Assembly (NCBI RefSeq): GCF_009914755.1
Contig: NC_060935.1
Length of the DNA: 64,000 nt
Strand: one strand, 5' to 3'
Origin: the human T2T-CHM13v2.0 reference genome, Homo sapiens
The notes under the pieces are model-generated. The model worked only from the letters and a program-made list of their open reading frames with translations, had not been told where the DNA came from and made no database searches. The first letter of the stretch is position 1. The number at the start of each line of letters is the position of its first letter. This document shows, one piece after another, positions 27,318 to 52,204 of this stretch. The translations under genes and the position numbers were made by a program.

Positions 27318-27449
27318 GGAAGCCAGGCACTTAGAGGAGGGTTCAAAGGAGGTGGGGCAGTATTAGCATGTAAAAGGATGTGCCCGCCTACTCTCCCCAG
27401 TCACACAAGATTGTCATGCGAGCTGAAGGGGGCTGAAATTATTCCCTCT

Positions 27450-27470
27450 GAAGAAGAAGAAGAAGAAGAA
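27450..27470 (+). repeat. (GAA)7 microsatellite in the promoter
   Basis: Read directly from sequence. Confidence 0.95.
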
Positions 27471-27554
27471 AACATACTGCAGCTCCCGATTTGGTAAAAA
27501 GCCAGTGGCTTGCTGCAATCCAGAGTCACTGTGGGGAGCGCTGGCCGGGCAAGT

Positions 27555-27571
27555 GGGGTGGGAGGGAGGGG
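27555..27571 (+). promoter_or_regulatory. G-quadruplex motif GGGGTGGGAGGGAGGGG
   Basis: Four G-tracts of at least 3 G with 1-nt loops. Confidence 0.7.
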
Positions 27572-27676
27572 CTGAGAAAGGGAGGAAGCGCTGTGCTTGC
27601 CAGACTGGCCCTGCCGTTGGGCGCTCTTGGTGCCACCAAGGAGTCCCCAGCGTGGGAGCGCGGGACCTCCCCGCGC

Positions 27677-27684
27677 TGACGTGA
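27677..27684. promoter_or_regulatory. CRE/ATF-like site TGACGTGA
   Basis: 7/8 match to TGACGTCA with CpG intact, inside the CpG island. Confidence 0.5.
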
Positions 27685-28329
27685 CCCCGAGACTGCATTT
27701 GGCCCCCACCGCTACAGCCACCCGAGGGTAGAAGACCTCCGAGGCCGACTTCCCGGGAAGGGGAGGCCCGCTCGGAGCGCGGCAGGGAACTTCCTCCCAG
27801 CCCTTTGACAACAGCATGCCTTGCCGGGGGCAGAGGGCCAGCAAAGAAATCTGGGGTAGAAAACAGGCTCAAAATGATTTCGCTGGTGCCCTACGAGGTT
27901 GACTTCTGGTTCAGCGAGCCTACTCACTCCCTGGGTAGGGAAGCGGCCTCAGAACCAAGGCTTTATTTGACATAACATTTGTCAAACTCAAAAAAGAAGT
28001 GTCTGCCCCTTCCCCACCTTGATGTCTTTGAGACTCCAGGAAACCCCAGAAGTAGTATTTATGTTGTTCCAGAAGTATGAATGACAAGACTGATGGATGT
28101 TTTATTGTTTGTTTGTTTTTTTGTTTTTAACTGAGGCTGTCAAAATTGCAGAAAGACCAAAAAAAAAAAAAAATCAGCATGTGGCTGGCTGGCACAGCTG
28201 CAAAATTGCTTATGGAAGACAAAAACAAATGTGATAAGAAGGGTGTGGGGGTAGGAAGTGGGTAAAACTAGCACTCTTTGGGTGCCACCTGGGTGCCTGG
28301 CACTATGCCTCACAGATGGTTGGTAGAAA

Positions 28330-28540
28330 GAGAGCAAAACATCCGAGTTTGGAAACAGATTCTGGCTCTGGTGCTAGATGTGGCTTTGTGTAAGTCATTT
28401 ACATTATCCAAACCCCTGTTTGCTTACCTGTAACTAGATGGTATTAACCCCTAACCTAAAGGGTTGTCAGGAAGACTAGACAGATATACTGAACAACACA
28501 TTCCTGTGGTAAGCCCCAGTACATGGTAGCTGCTCTTAAC
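28330..28540 (+). mobile_element. MIR SINE
   Basis: Degenerate MIR (tgtggctttgtgtaagtcatttac...gggttgtcaggaagacta). Confidence 0.6.
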
Positions 28541-31024
28541 TTACATAGCTTATTTCATTTCTTAGCTTCAGAGGTAGATATTATTTGACATATTTTTTTT
28601 CTAGGGGAAGAAACTGAGCCCCTTAGTGTTATATCACTTGCTCAAGTCACATAATCAATAAACCTGAAGGTTAGGTTCAAAGAAAAGTAGTAGAGGAGAG
28701 TTTAGAAAACAGCATCATGAGAGACATAACACACTTCTCCAGAAACATGTTCCAAAGTCTTCAGATTTATTTGGGAAGGACCAGGACTGTCACATTTACA
28801 TGAATGTGGTAATTCCAAGACACTTAACAATTTGGTGCTAAATTCAGAAATCCCACCTGAAATACAGGAACAACATAGTCAAAAGTATCCATGGCAAACT
28901 GTTAGAACCACATCCTCCTGATGCAATTCCATCAGAATGTCAGACCACCTATATCCGAAACTAATAAGAGCCTCAATATCATGGTATGCTTCCTCCTTAG
29001 AAAGTTTAAATGTATTGGTTAGAACAAAAGAACATACCAACTTGTAAACCTTTAAGTCAAAGACAGTGCCTTATAACATGCCTTTGCCCCACCCATATCC
29101 AAAATACTCTCGTCCCTTCTCCCAAGTTAATAGAAAATAAACCTGATTATGTCATAATTCTCTATGATGCTTATTATAAATATGGATTATGAAGCCCAAC
29201 CCTACATTTTCATCCCATAGGCCAGTAGAATGTCAATAAATCTACATTTTAATCAGCCCCCTTGTGAGAGGAATGCAAGTCCTCTTTATGAAATAAGACT
29301 TATCTGAAGGAAACTCAATATGGAACAAAGTATGAGCAAAATTCAACACGGAAAGACCCTCAGAGTTGAGTTACACCTGGTTCTAACTGTAGAGGGCAGC
29401 CATGCCTAAGGTTTTGGGATTCTTACACTAAGTGCAGAAGTCCTTGCCTAGTAGATTTCTCCATTAGGAATCAGTACTGATTCAATCTAATGAATAGCTG
29501 GAGGGACTCAGGAGGTCTAATCTATACGTTCTTAAATGTACTAGGTCACATTTTAGGAGCAAAACTCTGGTCTGAGGCCTTCTGTGAAAATTTAAAGTCA
29601 AATGTACAGATTAAGTATATCCTTTACCATTTTATTCCTTTATGTTAGCATAAAAAGTGTGATTGTGTGAGCACTCCCACCTACAGAGCATCTATAATTA
29701 CGGCTGGTTTTTCCAAGAGAATAGATCCTAAAAAAGCTGTACAACATTTCCCTTATTCATTAGCCTATAATTTGGATTTCAAACACCCCAAAAGTATTGT
29801 ATGCTCTATATTGTGATGTTCCAATAATATCTAACACAGTCTTTCCCTGATGAATTACCCAAGCTAAAGCTGACCTCCTATTCTAGGGCAGCATTAAGGC
29901 TGCTATGTGCAAGTTATTCCCCATTTTACAGTTTGTGCTAGTTTAGATTGATAAAGTGAAATGACAAAATATAAAACAAAATGTATATTTCATTTCCTTG
30001 ACTTTTTATGTTTAACTTTAATCAGTGAGAGTTCATTTCTCTGTATGTGCATGTGTATGTGTTTATCTGTTATCCGTTTATATGTATTAGAGAAAATGCT
30101 TTCCCTTAATTCTCCTCTCCAAATAATAACTCTGGGGTAAACTGGAGGGGAAGATGAGGGGGAAAGTGGTTTCCATGACAATGCATTCCATAGTTACAGC
30201 CAGTAACCACTATTATTAAAATAAATGAATTACTGTTACCTTAAGATACCAACACATTGCATTACTGGTTTGAAAAGCACTAATTTGAGAGTGTACTGCA
30301 TGGGGGTGTACTGCAATATTTTTAGGAGATATTACTAGGAAATGCAAGGAGATGACGCATTCATTTTTATAGTCAAAATAACTACTCTTAATTAGACCTT
30401 TCAATGATTGATAAAATTTACAGTTCTTCCTAATAATTATCACTTTTATAAAATGATGCATCACAACAATACACTATTAAGCATTTCTCCTAATGACAAC
30501 TTTCCTCAAAATGGACTCATAATTACAAAAAACAGGATTATCAATAAATGTAACCAGGTTTTAATTTTGATCTTGTATTTATTATTGTTATACTTAATCA
30601 GAAACTGGGACACAGTAAGAGGCATTAGCTAGTTATGCATCTTTTTTCTTTGCTGATCCTTTTCATAGCAATTTTTAAAAAAGGGGTTGTTCATGTTGCG
30701 AGGGAAAAGAATAGATTGGCTACTAGGAGCCATGGTGCTGTTTCCTACTCTCTGCCTCTGTGTGACTTTGAGCAAGCTACTCAGCCTCTCTAAGCTTCAG
30801 TTTCCTTTTTTATTAAGATGAAATAGGTATACTAGATTATTTCTAAGTTTGCTTCCAATGTTGAAGTTCTCTGAGTGATCTTCTAAATACATTTTTATGA
30901 ATGTAAAGTAAATTTGAGAAACCATTTTGTTCAGTTACCTATCTTCAGAAAATTTGCTCTTCTATAACACTTACTATTTGATAGGCACTAATATCATGCT
31001 TGCTATGTACACTGTTCTGAATTC

Positions 31025-31211
31025 CACAGAGTGCTAGAGCCAATCCTACTCATGACAGCTGGTTGTGTGTAACTCGGTCTAATTCCACATTCAGTGACAT
31101 CATGCTAGTAGCTTTGAATCAGTCATGAGAGAATATTTATACCATGTAAACTAACAAACACTACAATTCAGGACTTTTTTCTGCAAAAAACCTTTTACCA
31201 GTATAGCACTG
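31025..31211. mobile_element. MER63-like hAT DNA transposon
   Basis: cacattcagtgacatcatgctagtagctttgaatcagtcatg...ctacaattcagg matches recalled MER63. Confidence 0.65.
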
Positions 31212-31334
31212 GTCTAAGTACTTTAACTACATTAATATATTTAACCATCACAATCACTCAATCTTACCAAAAAAAGGAAAGCAAATGACAGGGCGAGATT
31301 AAGTAATGCCCAAGGTAACAAAATTGGTATACTA

Positions 31335-31720
31335 ATCAGCTAAATGAACCAACTAACAAAAATATTTTTGATGACTTTCAATCACAAATGTTTATTTCTT
31401 CCTCATGTTAGATGTCCTTCATAGCTTAGCTATCATTCTAGCCCATGTTGTCCATTGGCAGAAGAGTACGGTCTATCAGTAGCTTCTGTCAGATAGAAGA
31501 GTAGCCACTATCTAATGTTCTCATGGTGGAAGGAAAAATGATCAATGGCTGAATATGCAGCAGATCTTAAAACATCTGTTCAGACATTAAAAACATCTTC
31601 CAGCTTACATTTTATTAGCTAAGGAATGTCATGTGGTCAACCTGATGACAAAGGTTGGGGAATGATAATTCTTTCAGGGGGAGGAAAGAGAGAATATTGA
31701 TAACAGTAATATAAGAGACT
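31335..31720 (-). mobile_element. Old MLT1 (MaLR) LTR relic
   Basis: tttatttcttcctcatg...gcttacattttattagctaaggaatgtcatgtggtcaacctga pattern. Confidence 0.55.
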
Positions 31721-32730
31721 ATGGCTTATTCGAGTGACAGAATTGAGATCTGAAGCCAAGCCACCTGATTTGAGGATCTAAGGTCTTAACAAATAGACTA
31801 TCCCAGCTATCACTAATAGCTAATACATCCCAATTTTTCATCTACTCTCTATAATAGTGTTTGTTATTTAGTAACTCTTTGAGAGAATTCTTCCTTATGA
31901 CCCCTATAAGGAAAGCATAGTTTTTAGATAACACATGAACTTTGGAGACAATCAAACATATAAGGTTTTGGCATTATTAGCTGTGTGATTTCAACCTTTA
32001 AATCCCTTTCCCTCTCCTCTCCTACTGTAAATTGAAGTCCACTTATTTCATTTAATCTTTAGTAGAGATGTTTTCATGTAAGTGGAACATTGCATTTTTA
32101 TCATTGAGTTTCCTGAAACATGTAAGGCAGAGAGGGATATGAATGTCTTTCTGCCATCAATGAGTTTACAAACCAGTTGACTAGGTTACTCTGAAATGAG
32201 AGTAACGAAGCTCTTCCTAACAGTAACAAAGTATATACAATTAAGAACGAACAAATATACTCAAAGTCCATACAAATGATTGACCAATCTAGTTAACTTA
32301 TCTAAGCTACCATTTCTTGTTCCGTAAAATGGTGATAATACTATAGCATTGCTATAAGGCTTGAATGAGATAACATATTGCAAAATGCCTGTCATCTTTA
32401 TCTGGTTTGTATTAGCCACTCAGTAAATTATAAAGGCTTTGTGTCACTTGTCTGATTTTTTTTTTAATGAAAGTTAACAGAAAAGAATAAACCTATTAGA
32501 CTCACCCAATATGTATAATCTCTTTATACTGAACAATTCTAAATCTTTAACCTTTCTTAACAAGTTTTACTGTCTCAGTGACTCTCCTTAGACCCTTTCT
32601 CAGCTCTTCCATACTCCTCTTACTGAAGAACACACAAATGCAATGATACATTCTCAGACCCCATATAAATGGACTCTAATATGCATCATGTTCCCCCATA
32701 ATTGTCAACCCTTTGTGTTCACTGTAATTT

Positions 32731-36190
<3,460 letters not shown>

Positions 36191-37869
36191 TCACCGTAAT
36201 TTCTAAGTCCTCTATGTCCACTCACCTATCCCCAAGTATAGACTACTTTGAGCGAGTCACACGTAGTGACTGCTTGGCCTTTATCTAAGTCATACTTAGA
36301 ATGTTTGCATGACCTTGACTTGAAATAGTTTTCTTATTTAGCTGATTAGTCAATAAATGGATGAATAAAGAACCAATAAATAAGTGATCTTGGCCAGGCT
36401 TTCCACTGCTTCCACCTAGGCCCTAGGTGAAATATTGTGAAGATCTTTGAGTCCTGACCCAGCTCCCCTCCCTGCCACCTCCTAGGTAGAAGGAGTACAC
36501 TCTTTATTGAAGAAATGCCAGCCTATTCGTTCTGAATCAATTTTGACATTTTGTTTTAGCACCAAGTGTTTTTTGAAATAATTATTGTCCCCTCACAATT
36601 TTGCCTTTGAGACTTCTCATGACAGTCACTTTCAGCCTTGTTTCCATTTTGAAAAAGCAACTCCGAAACACTACCCTCTACACCACCTCTGAGAATATTC
36701 TTAGTGGCAAAATTCAAATAAAAGAAGAACTCTTCTTAGGCCTCATTGTTCACCAAATTTGATGTCAATGTTGAAATGATAAAAGTTGGATCTATGTTCC
36801 AGTCCCAGTTTGGACACTTGCTATGCAATTCTGAGTTAGTTACTTAATCTGAAAGTTAATTTTCTTAAGTACAAAAAAAGGGGAGGAGGTTGTTGAGTAA
36901 TAATACCTCTGTCACAGGGTTCCTATGAGAATTAACTAAAATGCCACATGTAAAAGTACCTATCAAAATGCTTGGCACATACTATTAATAAATGCTTAAT
37001 AATATCCATTTGTCCACTCACTGATTCTTTTATTCATTCATTCATTACACACCAAAGCTAGCCAAGAAACTTATTTAAAACAAATGTCAACCAAGCACAG
37101 CAAAATTCCTGTGAAATCACTAATTCTATTTTTATATTGTGTTGCCCATCTGTGAAACAAAGGCAAATTGATCATTGTCAAAAAAATATACTAAATCAGA
37201 GTTCAACTTTGAAAGCAGCAATTCATGGGAAGACTGACAAGAACATGGCTCATTTTAAATGGCTTTATATTGCCACTGTGTGGTTCTCTACTACAAATAG
37301 ATTTTCCTTATCAGCTCCCTTTCATCTGAACAATAGATGGCTCTTCTAGCTGCATGAACTAAATGAGGTGTCTTACATACCCCCAGGAACACCACTCTAT
37401 TATGTCACAAGAAGGGGCCCTCAGCTAATCATACAGCAAGTTGAATGATTACTCAATGAAACAATTCCTCCCCTAAAACTGTGAAGACATCAGATTTCTC
37501 ATACAATCTCCAGCTATGTATCACAGATTTAAGATAATGATACAATTAACACTTTTTCTGTTAATGAGCTGCAAGCATAATGGTTCAAGTCCCTGATGGT
37601 ACCAAATTTTAAGTACAGCCCACCTAGATTCTTATGTCCAGTTTGTTTAAAATAAGATTGTTATAAGAAAATTACCTTTTGGTACAGTGTGTGAGTTAGT
37701 TGTATTACATGAATGCTGGTGCTTTCTTCCTTTAATACAAGGACTGTCAATCTCAAATGTAATGCATTGGAAGATGTGCATTGTATTTGCTTTAGTTAGC
37801 ATCTGATCATGGAAAAACTTTGCTTGGTTGACGACGTTAGCACATTAACTTTATCTCCCCCTTTTGGTT

Positions 37870-38360
37870 ACTAATTACATACTTTGAAGTATCTACTATG
37901 TGCTAGACACTAGGCCAAGTTCGGGATACAGTGGTTAAGTACAGATCAATGCAGTGCTGGCCTCATGGAGATTACAAACCAATGGAGAAGGCAGATGGGG
38001 ATAAGTGCTTCGAGGAGAGCTACATGGCTCTATAAGAGCATATATAGGGGAATCTCATCTAAAAATGGAGGTAGGAAGGCATAATTAGGAGAGTGATAAG
38101 TGAGTTGAGATAAGAAAAATAAGTGGGAATTAACTAGACAAACGGAAAGGGGAAAAGCATCTCAAATAGAGGGAATAGGATATACAAAGAATATGTGGTA
38201 CCAGCAAACAAGAACATGGGAAGGACTGAGATAAACGTAATACAGAAAATAAGGGGAAATATCAAGTGAACAGAGGCTGAAGAAGACAGTAGAGGTGAGA
38301 CTAGTCAGATTATATTTAAAATGTTTGTTCTTATTCTAAAAGCCTTAGGAAACTACAGAA
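37870..38360 (-). mobile_element. L2, first part (interrupted by L1M)
   Basis: ctactatgtgctagacactagg...ggcctcatggagattaca; resumes at ~44185. Confidence 0.75.
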
Positions 38361-38361
38361 G

Positions 38362-44090
<5,729 letters not shown>

Positions 44091-44092
44091 CA

Positions 44093-44108
44093 AGAGAGAG
44101 AGAAAGAA

Positions 44109-44141
<33 letters not shown>
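44093..44141. repeat. (GA)n microsatellite
   Basis: Read directly from sequence. Confidence 0.92.
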
Positions 44142-44184
44142 ATGTGATGTGTATGTATTTTTGTGTGTGGGAAGGTTTATGTAA

Positions 44185-44830
44185 AGTATTTAAGCAGGAG
44201 TGGGGGATGTGATATTATATTGCATTTCAAGAAGATCGTATAGCTGTAGTGTGGTGAAGGATTGGAATGGAACAATATTGTCAGTGGGCAGAACACTGAA
44301 GAGGTGCTCTCAGTAGTGCAGGCAACAGATAATGGTGATACAGACTAGAGAAACAGCACTGGAAACAAAGATAAATAGTTCAACTCAAGGAACATCTTAG
44401 AAAGTGAGTGAAAGTGATACATATTGGGGGTAGATCAGATATGGGGGAAATTCAGTATGACTTCTAGGTTTCTGGTATACATAACTGGATAAGTTGTAAT
44501 GGCATTCACTGAAATATGATATACTAAAAAGTAATATAGTGTTTGTGTATACGTGTGGGATGGAGGAGGCATTATTCCGTTTGGGGATTTTATTTGTTTG
44601 TTTTGCTTGCATTGTAAATTTGATTTACAGTGCTTTTGGTAACTCTAACTTGGATACATTCCTCTAGAGCGCAGCGTAAACTGGGTTAGAAATATAAACT
44701 TATGAAGTGTCTGTCAATAGGTTGTGTTAAAGGCTCAGAAATAGGTATCATCCATCCTGAGAGAAGAGCATCACAAGAAAAAATTATCTAGAGTCAGACT
44801 TTGCAGAACTCCAGTATGTAACAATTTTCT
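44185..44830 (-). mobile_element. L2, second part
   Basis: tttaagcaggag...gaagatcgtatagctgtagtgtgg continues the L2 broken at ~38360. Confidence 0.7.
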
Positions 44831-45189
44831 TTTTTTTCTTTTTCTTTTTTTTTGCTTGTTAAAAAACATCAGGAACCTATTTTTCTTAGTAGCTACTCTG
44901 TTGATTCTGCTTAACGATGACATAATATATTCTTTTTCAGTAATGTATATACCCTCTAGATTTGGCCTTAGTTGGTGCCAGAGAGGCAGCAAGGTAGTGA
45001 GATAAAATAAATATTGCAAAGAAAAAAGAAATCTAAGGACATAACAACAATATGTATGGTTCTTACAATTTGCTACCTTCTTGATTTCAATATACTAGGT
45101 ATTCTGTTTCATTCCTTTGTTTCTCAATAGACATACACCTCCTATATGTTGCTATAAAATTATTATTTTTGAGATATTAAAATGTTAGT

Positions 45190-45840
45190 GGATGCCACTA
45201 TACACCAATTGGAATGGCTAAAACTTGGGAGTTTAACAATTCCAAGTGTTGATGAGGATGTGGAGGAACTGAAACTCCCCTACATTGCTGGTGGGAATGT
45301 AAAATGGTCCAACCACTTTGGAAAACAGCTTGGCATTTCTTAAAAATTTAAACATAAATGTATTGTACAACACAGCCATTGCATTTCTAGGTATTCAAGA
45401 GAAATGAAAACATATGTCTACACAGTCTGCAGCTTTTTTCATAGTATCTCCAAATTGGAAGCAACCCACAGATACATTAACAAGTGAATGTATAAACAAA
45501 ACAAGATATATATGTAAAACCTCAGAAGTATTGTTCCAATTGAAAGGCATGAAACTGTGCATATTGTATAAATCATTTTACATGGAAATATATAAAATAA
45601 AAATCAATATATAGTGATATAAAGTAGATCTACTGCTTCCTAGGCCTAGAGGTAGACAGAGGGAAGGGATAAAAAGAGGCATGAGGAATCTTGGGGTGAT
45701 GGTAATTATCTGGAACTCTAATGTGGCAGTGGTTTCTCAGATGTACATGTCTATCAAAACAGATCAAATTTACATCAAGTTGTATATTTAAAAAAGATTC
45801 ATTTTATTATATGTAAATTCAACTCAATAATATAGATTAA
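45190..45840 (+). mobile_element. Old L1M (L1ME/MB-like) 3' fragment
   Basis: ccaagtgttgatgaggatgtggaggaactgaaactc...gctggtgggaatgtaaaatgg. Confidence 0.82.
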
Positions 45841-46709
45841 ATATCTTAGGTGGTTTAAAACTCAAGACCAAAGAATTACATTAACTTTCTAGGTAAATTA
45901 CTAAATTAAACACCAATGATAGAGTTTATTTTTTTAATCAAAGTAACTCCCAAATCAATTTTTTCCTAAACAAGTGTTATTACATGAAGTGATGACTCCC
46001 TACTTTGTTAGAAGATAGAATTCCACATGGGGCTCAGTTTTCTAGAACTAGAAAATATTTACCCTATGTTTGCCAAGATCACTCAGACAACTACTGTGTT
46101 CACTCCTATGAGCACTTTACCTGAGTTTTAAAAAATATTTTATATCACTAGGAAAAGATATATCTTTAAAAATGGAAAGCTGCTAGTGAGGAAAGCCTAA
46201 AGTTTTAGAGTTTAAAATTGAGAAATATTGATAAGGCAGTAAGTATATGATTGAAACATAAAACTACCTGGCTAAGGAACCTGGGACTTTCATTTGACTG
46301 TTGATTAGAATTTCCATTTTTCCTCACATCTGCCAGAAGATCAAGGGAAGACAAACTAGGTGAAGGATGTAGCCATTTTACATAAAGCAGTATCAAAACA
46401 ATATAGTAGTATGCAAAACTATCTCACCTCTATGGGCATTGAAACTTATTTGAATAATATTTTATTTATGTTAAATAACTACCCTGTGATCCCAAAGTTT
46501 AATTTAGTACAGTCTCCTGGGGTCATTTTACAGGATCTGATGAAGCGGTCCTTGTGCCCAGGCCCCAGCTAGGCCCTAGAGTCCATTGTCTTGGGGGATA
46601 TTAACCAGATTCTCAGCCTCACAATGACTGTGTCTACTCTGTATTTACCCTAACGTTCAGAAATTGGGAAGTTATCACTGCTATTAGTTTCCATGGCATC
46701 CACTAGATA

Positions 46710-49088
<2,379 letters not shown>

Positions 49089-49094
49089 GTTTTT

Positions 49095-49830
49095 CAAAAG
49101 ACTTAATTTTTTAGAGCAATTTTATATTCAACAACCAAATTGAGAGAAAGGTACAGAGATATCCTACATACCTCTGTCCCCACAAATGCATAGCATTCCC
49201 TATTATTAACATCCTCACCAGAATGTTATATTTGCTACAATTGATGAACCTTTATTGAGACATCATAATCACCCGAAGTCCATAGTTTACCTTAGGGTTC
49301 ACTGTTGGTGGTGTACATTCTGTGGGTTTGGATAAATGCATAATGACAGGTATCAGCAATTATTGTATCATATAGAGTATTTTCACTGCCCAAAAAATCC
49401 TCTTTATTTTGCCTATTCATCCCTTTACCTACTCCAACCCCTAGGCAACCCACTGAACTTTTTACTGTCTCTATGGTTTTACCGTTTCCAGAATCTCATA
49501 TAATTGGAATCATACAATATGTAGCCTTTTAATATTGGCTTCCTGTTTCCAGTTTTTACCTATTATGAATAAAGCTGTTGTAATTTTTTTCTTTCAAAAA
49601 ATATATACTGACACATATCATAGAGACCCTAGTAGTGAGCTCTTAAATAATTCACAAGATTTATTCACTTTTTAAACGTTTTACTTTGAAATAATTATAA
49701 ATTCACAGGAAGTTGTAAACACAGTACAGAGAAGTACTATGTTTACTGTACCATCCACCCAGTTTCCCCTATTAGTTATATTTTACATAACTATAGAACA
49801 ATATCAAAACCAGTACATTGACATTGGTGT
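49095..49830 (-). mobile_element. L1MC-type 3'-end fragments
   Basis: ttttagagcaatttt...ggtacagagat...gaagtccatagtttac; second fragment from ~49670. Confidence 0.75.
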
Positions 49831-50360
49831 AAAGAGAGGGAACAGTTTATGTTATTCCTAAAAACTCCCAGGAAAGAAAATTCATATCTATTAACACTGT
49901 TACAACTCTTAAAGATACTAAAAATCAAGAAGTTATCTATTGATTTATAGTTCTGAAGGATCTTTAAGAGGCCATGTAGTATACCAACCATCTTTAGTAA
50001 GAATTTTTTTTTGCAATTAATTATTCCTATTTACTTATATTCTGATTTGGCTATCAACCCATCCATCCATTTAGCATTCATTGAGTTCTATGACACTTCA
50101 GATATTAAACTATAAGCTAAGGATACAAGGATGAATAAAACATGCTCTGTCTCTCTAAAGAATTTACACACTAGAGAAGACAAAGAGTCATGTAAGCTGG
50201 CAACTTACATGACGATGTGAGAAAAGAGTTGACAGTTAATATATACATTGGGGTCTTGGGAAGGAGAAATAATTTGCTATATGGATAAGTCTGGATGAGT
50301 TTCAAGTAGAGAATGACATGCGCCAAGAAAGTCTAACATACTGAAGGAAAGAGAATTTTC

Positions 50361-50637
50361 TTTTCTTTTTTTTTTTGAGACAGGCTGGAGTGCAGTGGCA
50401 CGATCTTGGCTCACTGCAACCTCCACTCTCTGGGTTCAAATGATTCTCCTTCCTCAGCCTCCTGAGTAGCTGGGACTACAGGCGCCTGCCACTGCGCCTG
50501 GCTAATTTTTTGTATTTTTAGTACAGATGGGGTTTCACCATCTTGGCCAGGCTGGTCTTGAACTCCTGACCTCGTGATCCACCTGTCTCGGCCTCCCAAA
50601 GTACTGGAATTACAGGCATGAGCCACCGTGCCCGGCC
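50361..50637 (-). mobile_element. AluS (Sg-like) with ~20-bp deletion near the 3' end
   Basis: Dimeric Alu; TSD ggaaagagaattttc (50346-50360) / ggaaacagaagtttc (50638-50652). Confidence 0.93.
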
Positions 50638-51789
50638 GGAAACAGAAGTTTCATATGGTTGAATCACACGTTTCTCTCTGGGAGGTGAAGAAACTACAGG
50701 TTGGTTGGGTAGATTTTATCCAGGCTAAAAAGTTTAGGTTTTATTGTTTTGTCATTGTATATATAGAAGAGCCCTGAACAACAACAACAACAACAAGGAC
50801 ATAGCCCAGGGATCTTCAATGAGCTACTAAATATATTGAATAATGAGAAAATGAATCACATTCTCTGTATATCTAATAATACATAATTTCTATACATAGA
50901 AATACCTTAGATTGGGCAAACCTTTTAACTCTTGCACAATGCCTTTGAAGTGCAGGTGGGGCTATAAAATATAGGCCTTGTGACATCATCTTGAATGTTT
51001 TTTCTTATGTATCATGCTGTGGCAAATTTCTGCATGAAAGAAAATCTGAAAATTTAACTGACAAAAATGTAAACTCCTGTGTGAATACAGCTTTTCAGGA
51101 AGAACTCTTCAGTTCTGACTGCACTAATTAGGGAATTTACCGTTCTGTGTCCTCAAAAGGATTAGGCAGCACTTTTCTATAAAAATACTAAACATACCTT
51201 AATCTATTTTAAAATTGAAATACTAAGCTAAAATGAAAAATGCAGAAGCAAAGTCAAATTCCCACCTGAGGTAATGTTTGAACATTCTTATTTTCAACTA
51301 ATAAAAAAGGTACATGGAGTTTCTCAGAAAGCTTTCTCCCACAGCTGGATACAAATACAAAACACATTGAGAAGAAAGACAAATAAATAAGTCTGATGGG
51401 AAGCTGTAAAGCCCACCTGCATTTTTAGGAAAGGAAGCTACTAAGCATGAGGAATTTTTTTGAACTACGAAAGTTTCTGCTCTCCAGATCCTGAAATTAA
51501 AAGTAAAGGTCTAAAAAAAAAAAAAAAAAAAAGAAACCTGGACAAATCACCTCCATAAAACACACCCTCCTCATCTTTTAACCAAACAGATATCCAAAAG
51601 ATTTCTCGCACCAAGCACTGAAAACTAGGAATAAAGGTGAAAAAAAAAACCCTGAAAATACTAATAGTTATACCGACAGTTCACATATTAGAGATCACTA
51701 TTCTTGCATCCATGAAAAAGAGGGGCTCCTAGCCCTCTACTCAAAAACAATGTTTTCTTACTTTACCTATAATTTATATGTAAGGTTCA

Positions 51790-52204
51790 TGATATGGTTT
51801 GGATCTGTGTCTGCTCCCAAATCTAATGTCAAATTGTAATCCCAAATGTTGGAAGTGGGGTCTGGTGGGAGGTGACTGGATCATGGGGATGGTTTCTTAT
51901 AAATGGTTTAGCACCATTCTGTTAGTGCTGTTCTTGTGATAATGAATCAGTTCTCAGGAAATCTTGTTTAAAAGTGTATAGCCCTGTTCCCATCCTTCTT
52001 CCTGGTCTGCCCATATGACATGTCTGTTCCCCTTTCACCTCCTGCCATGATTGTAAGTTTTCTGAGGCCTCTCCAGAAGCCAGGCAGATGCTGCTGTACT
52101 TCCTGTACAGCCTGCAGAACTGTGAACCAATTAAACCCCTTTTCTTTATAAATTACCCAGTCTCAGGTATTTATTTGCAGCAATATGAGAATGGCCTAAT
52201 AACA
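51790..52204 (+). mobile_element. MSTA-like MaLR solo LTR
   Basis: TG...CA termini, tgatatggtttgg start, aattacccagtctcaggtat end, 5-bp TSD gttca (51785-51789 / 52205-52209). Confidence 0.93.

Larger units (their letters stand above)
26720..27950 (-). promoter_or_regulatory. CpG-island promoter of the internal DLG2 isoform (two lobes, ~27015-27260 and ~27540-27950)
   Basis: Only non-Alu CpG/GC-rich stretch in the window, free of recognisable interspersed repeats, overlapping the first exon. TSS cannot be placed from sequence. Confidence 0.85.

Noticed and set aside
26959-27927. Other overlapping ORFs in the CpG island, and the ORF tail beyond the donor at 26908
   Set aside because: Expected in stop-poor GC-rich DNA; only 27009-26908 has a recognised peptide and donor.
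28420-28445. Minus-strand CAG|GTAAG as a recursive splice site (also AAG|GTAAG near 9735)
   Set aside because: The first lies in a MIR without a pyrimidine tract; the second lacks YAG.
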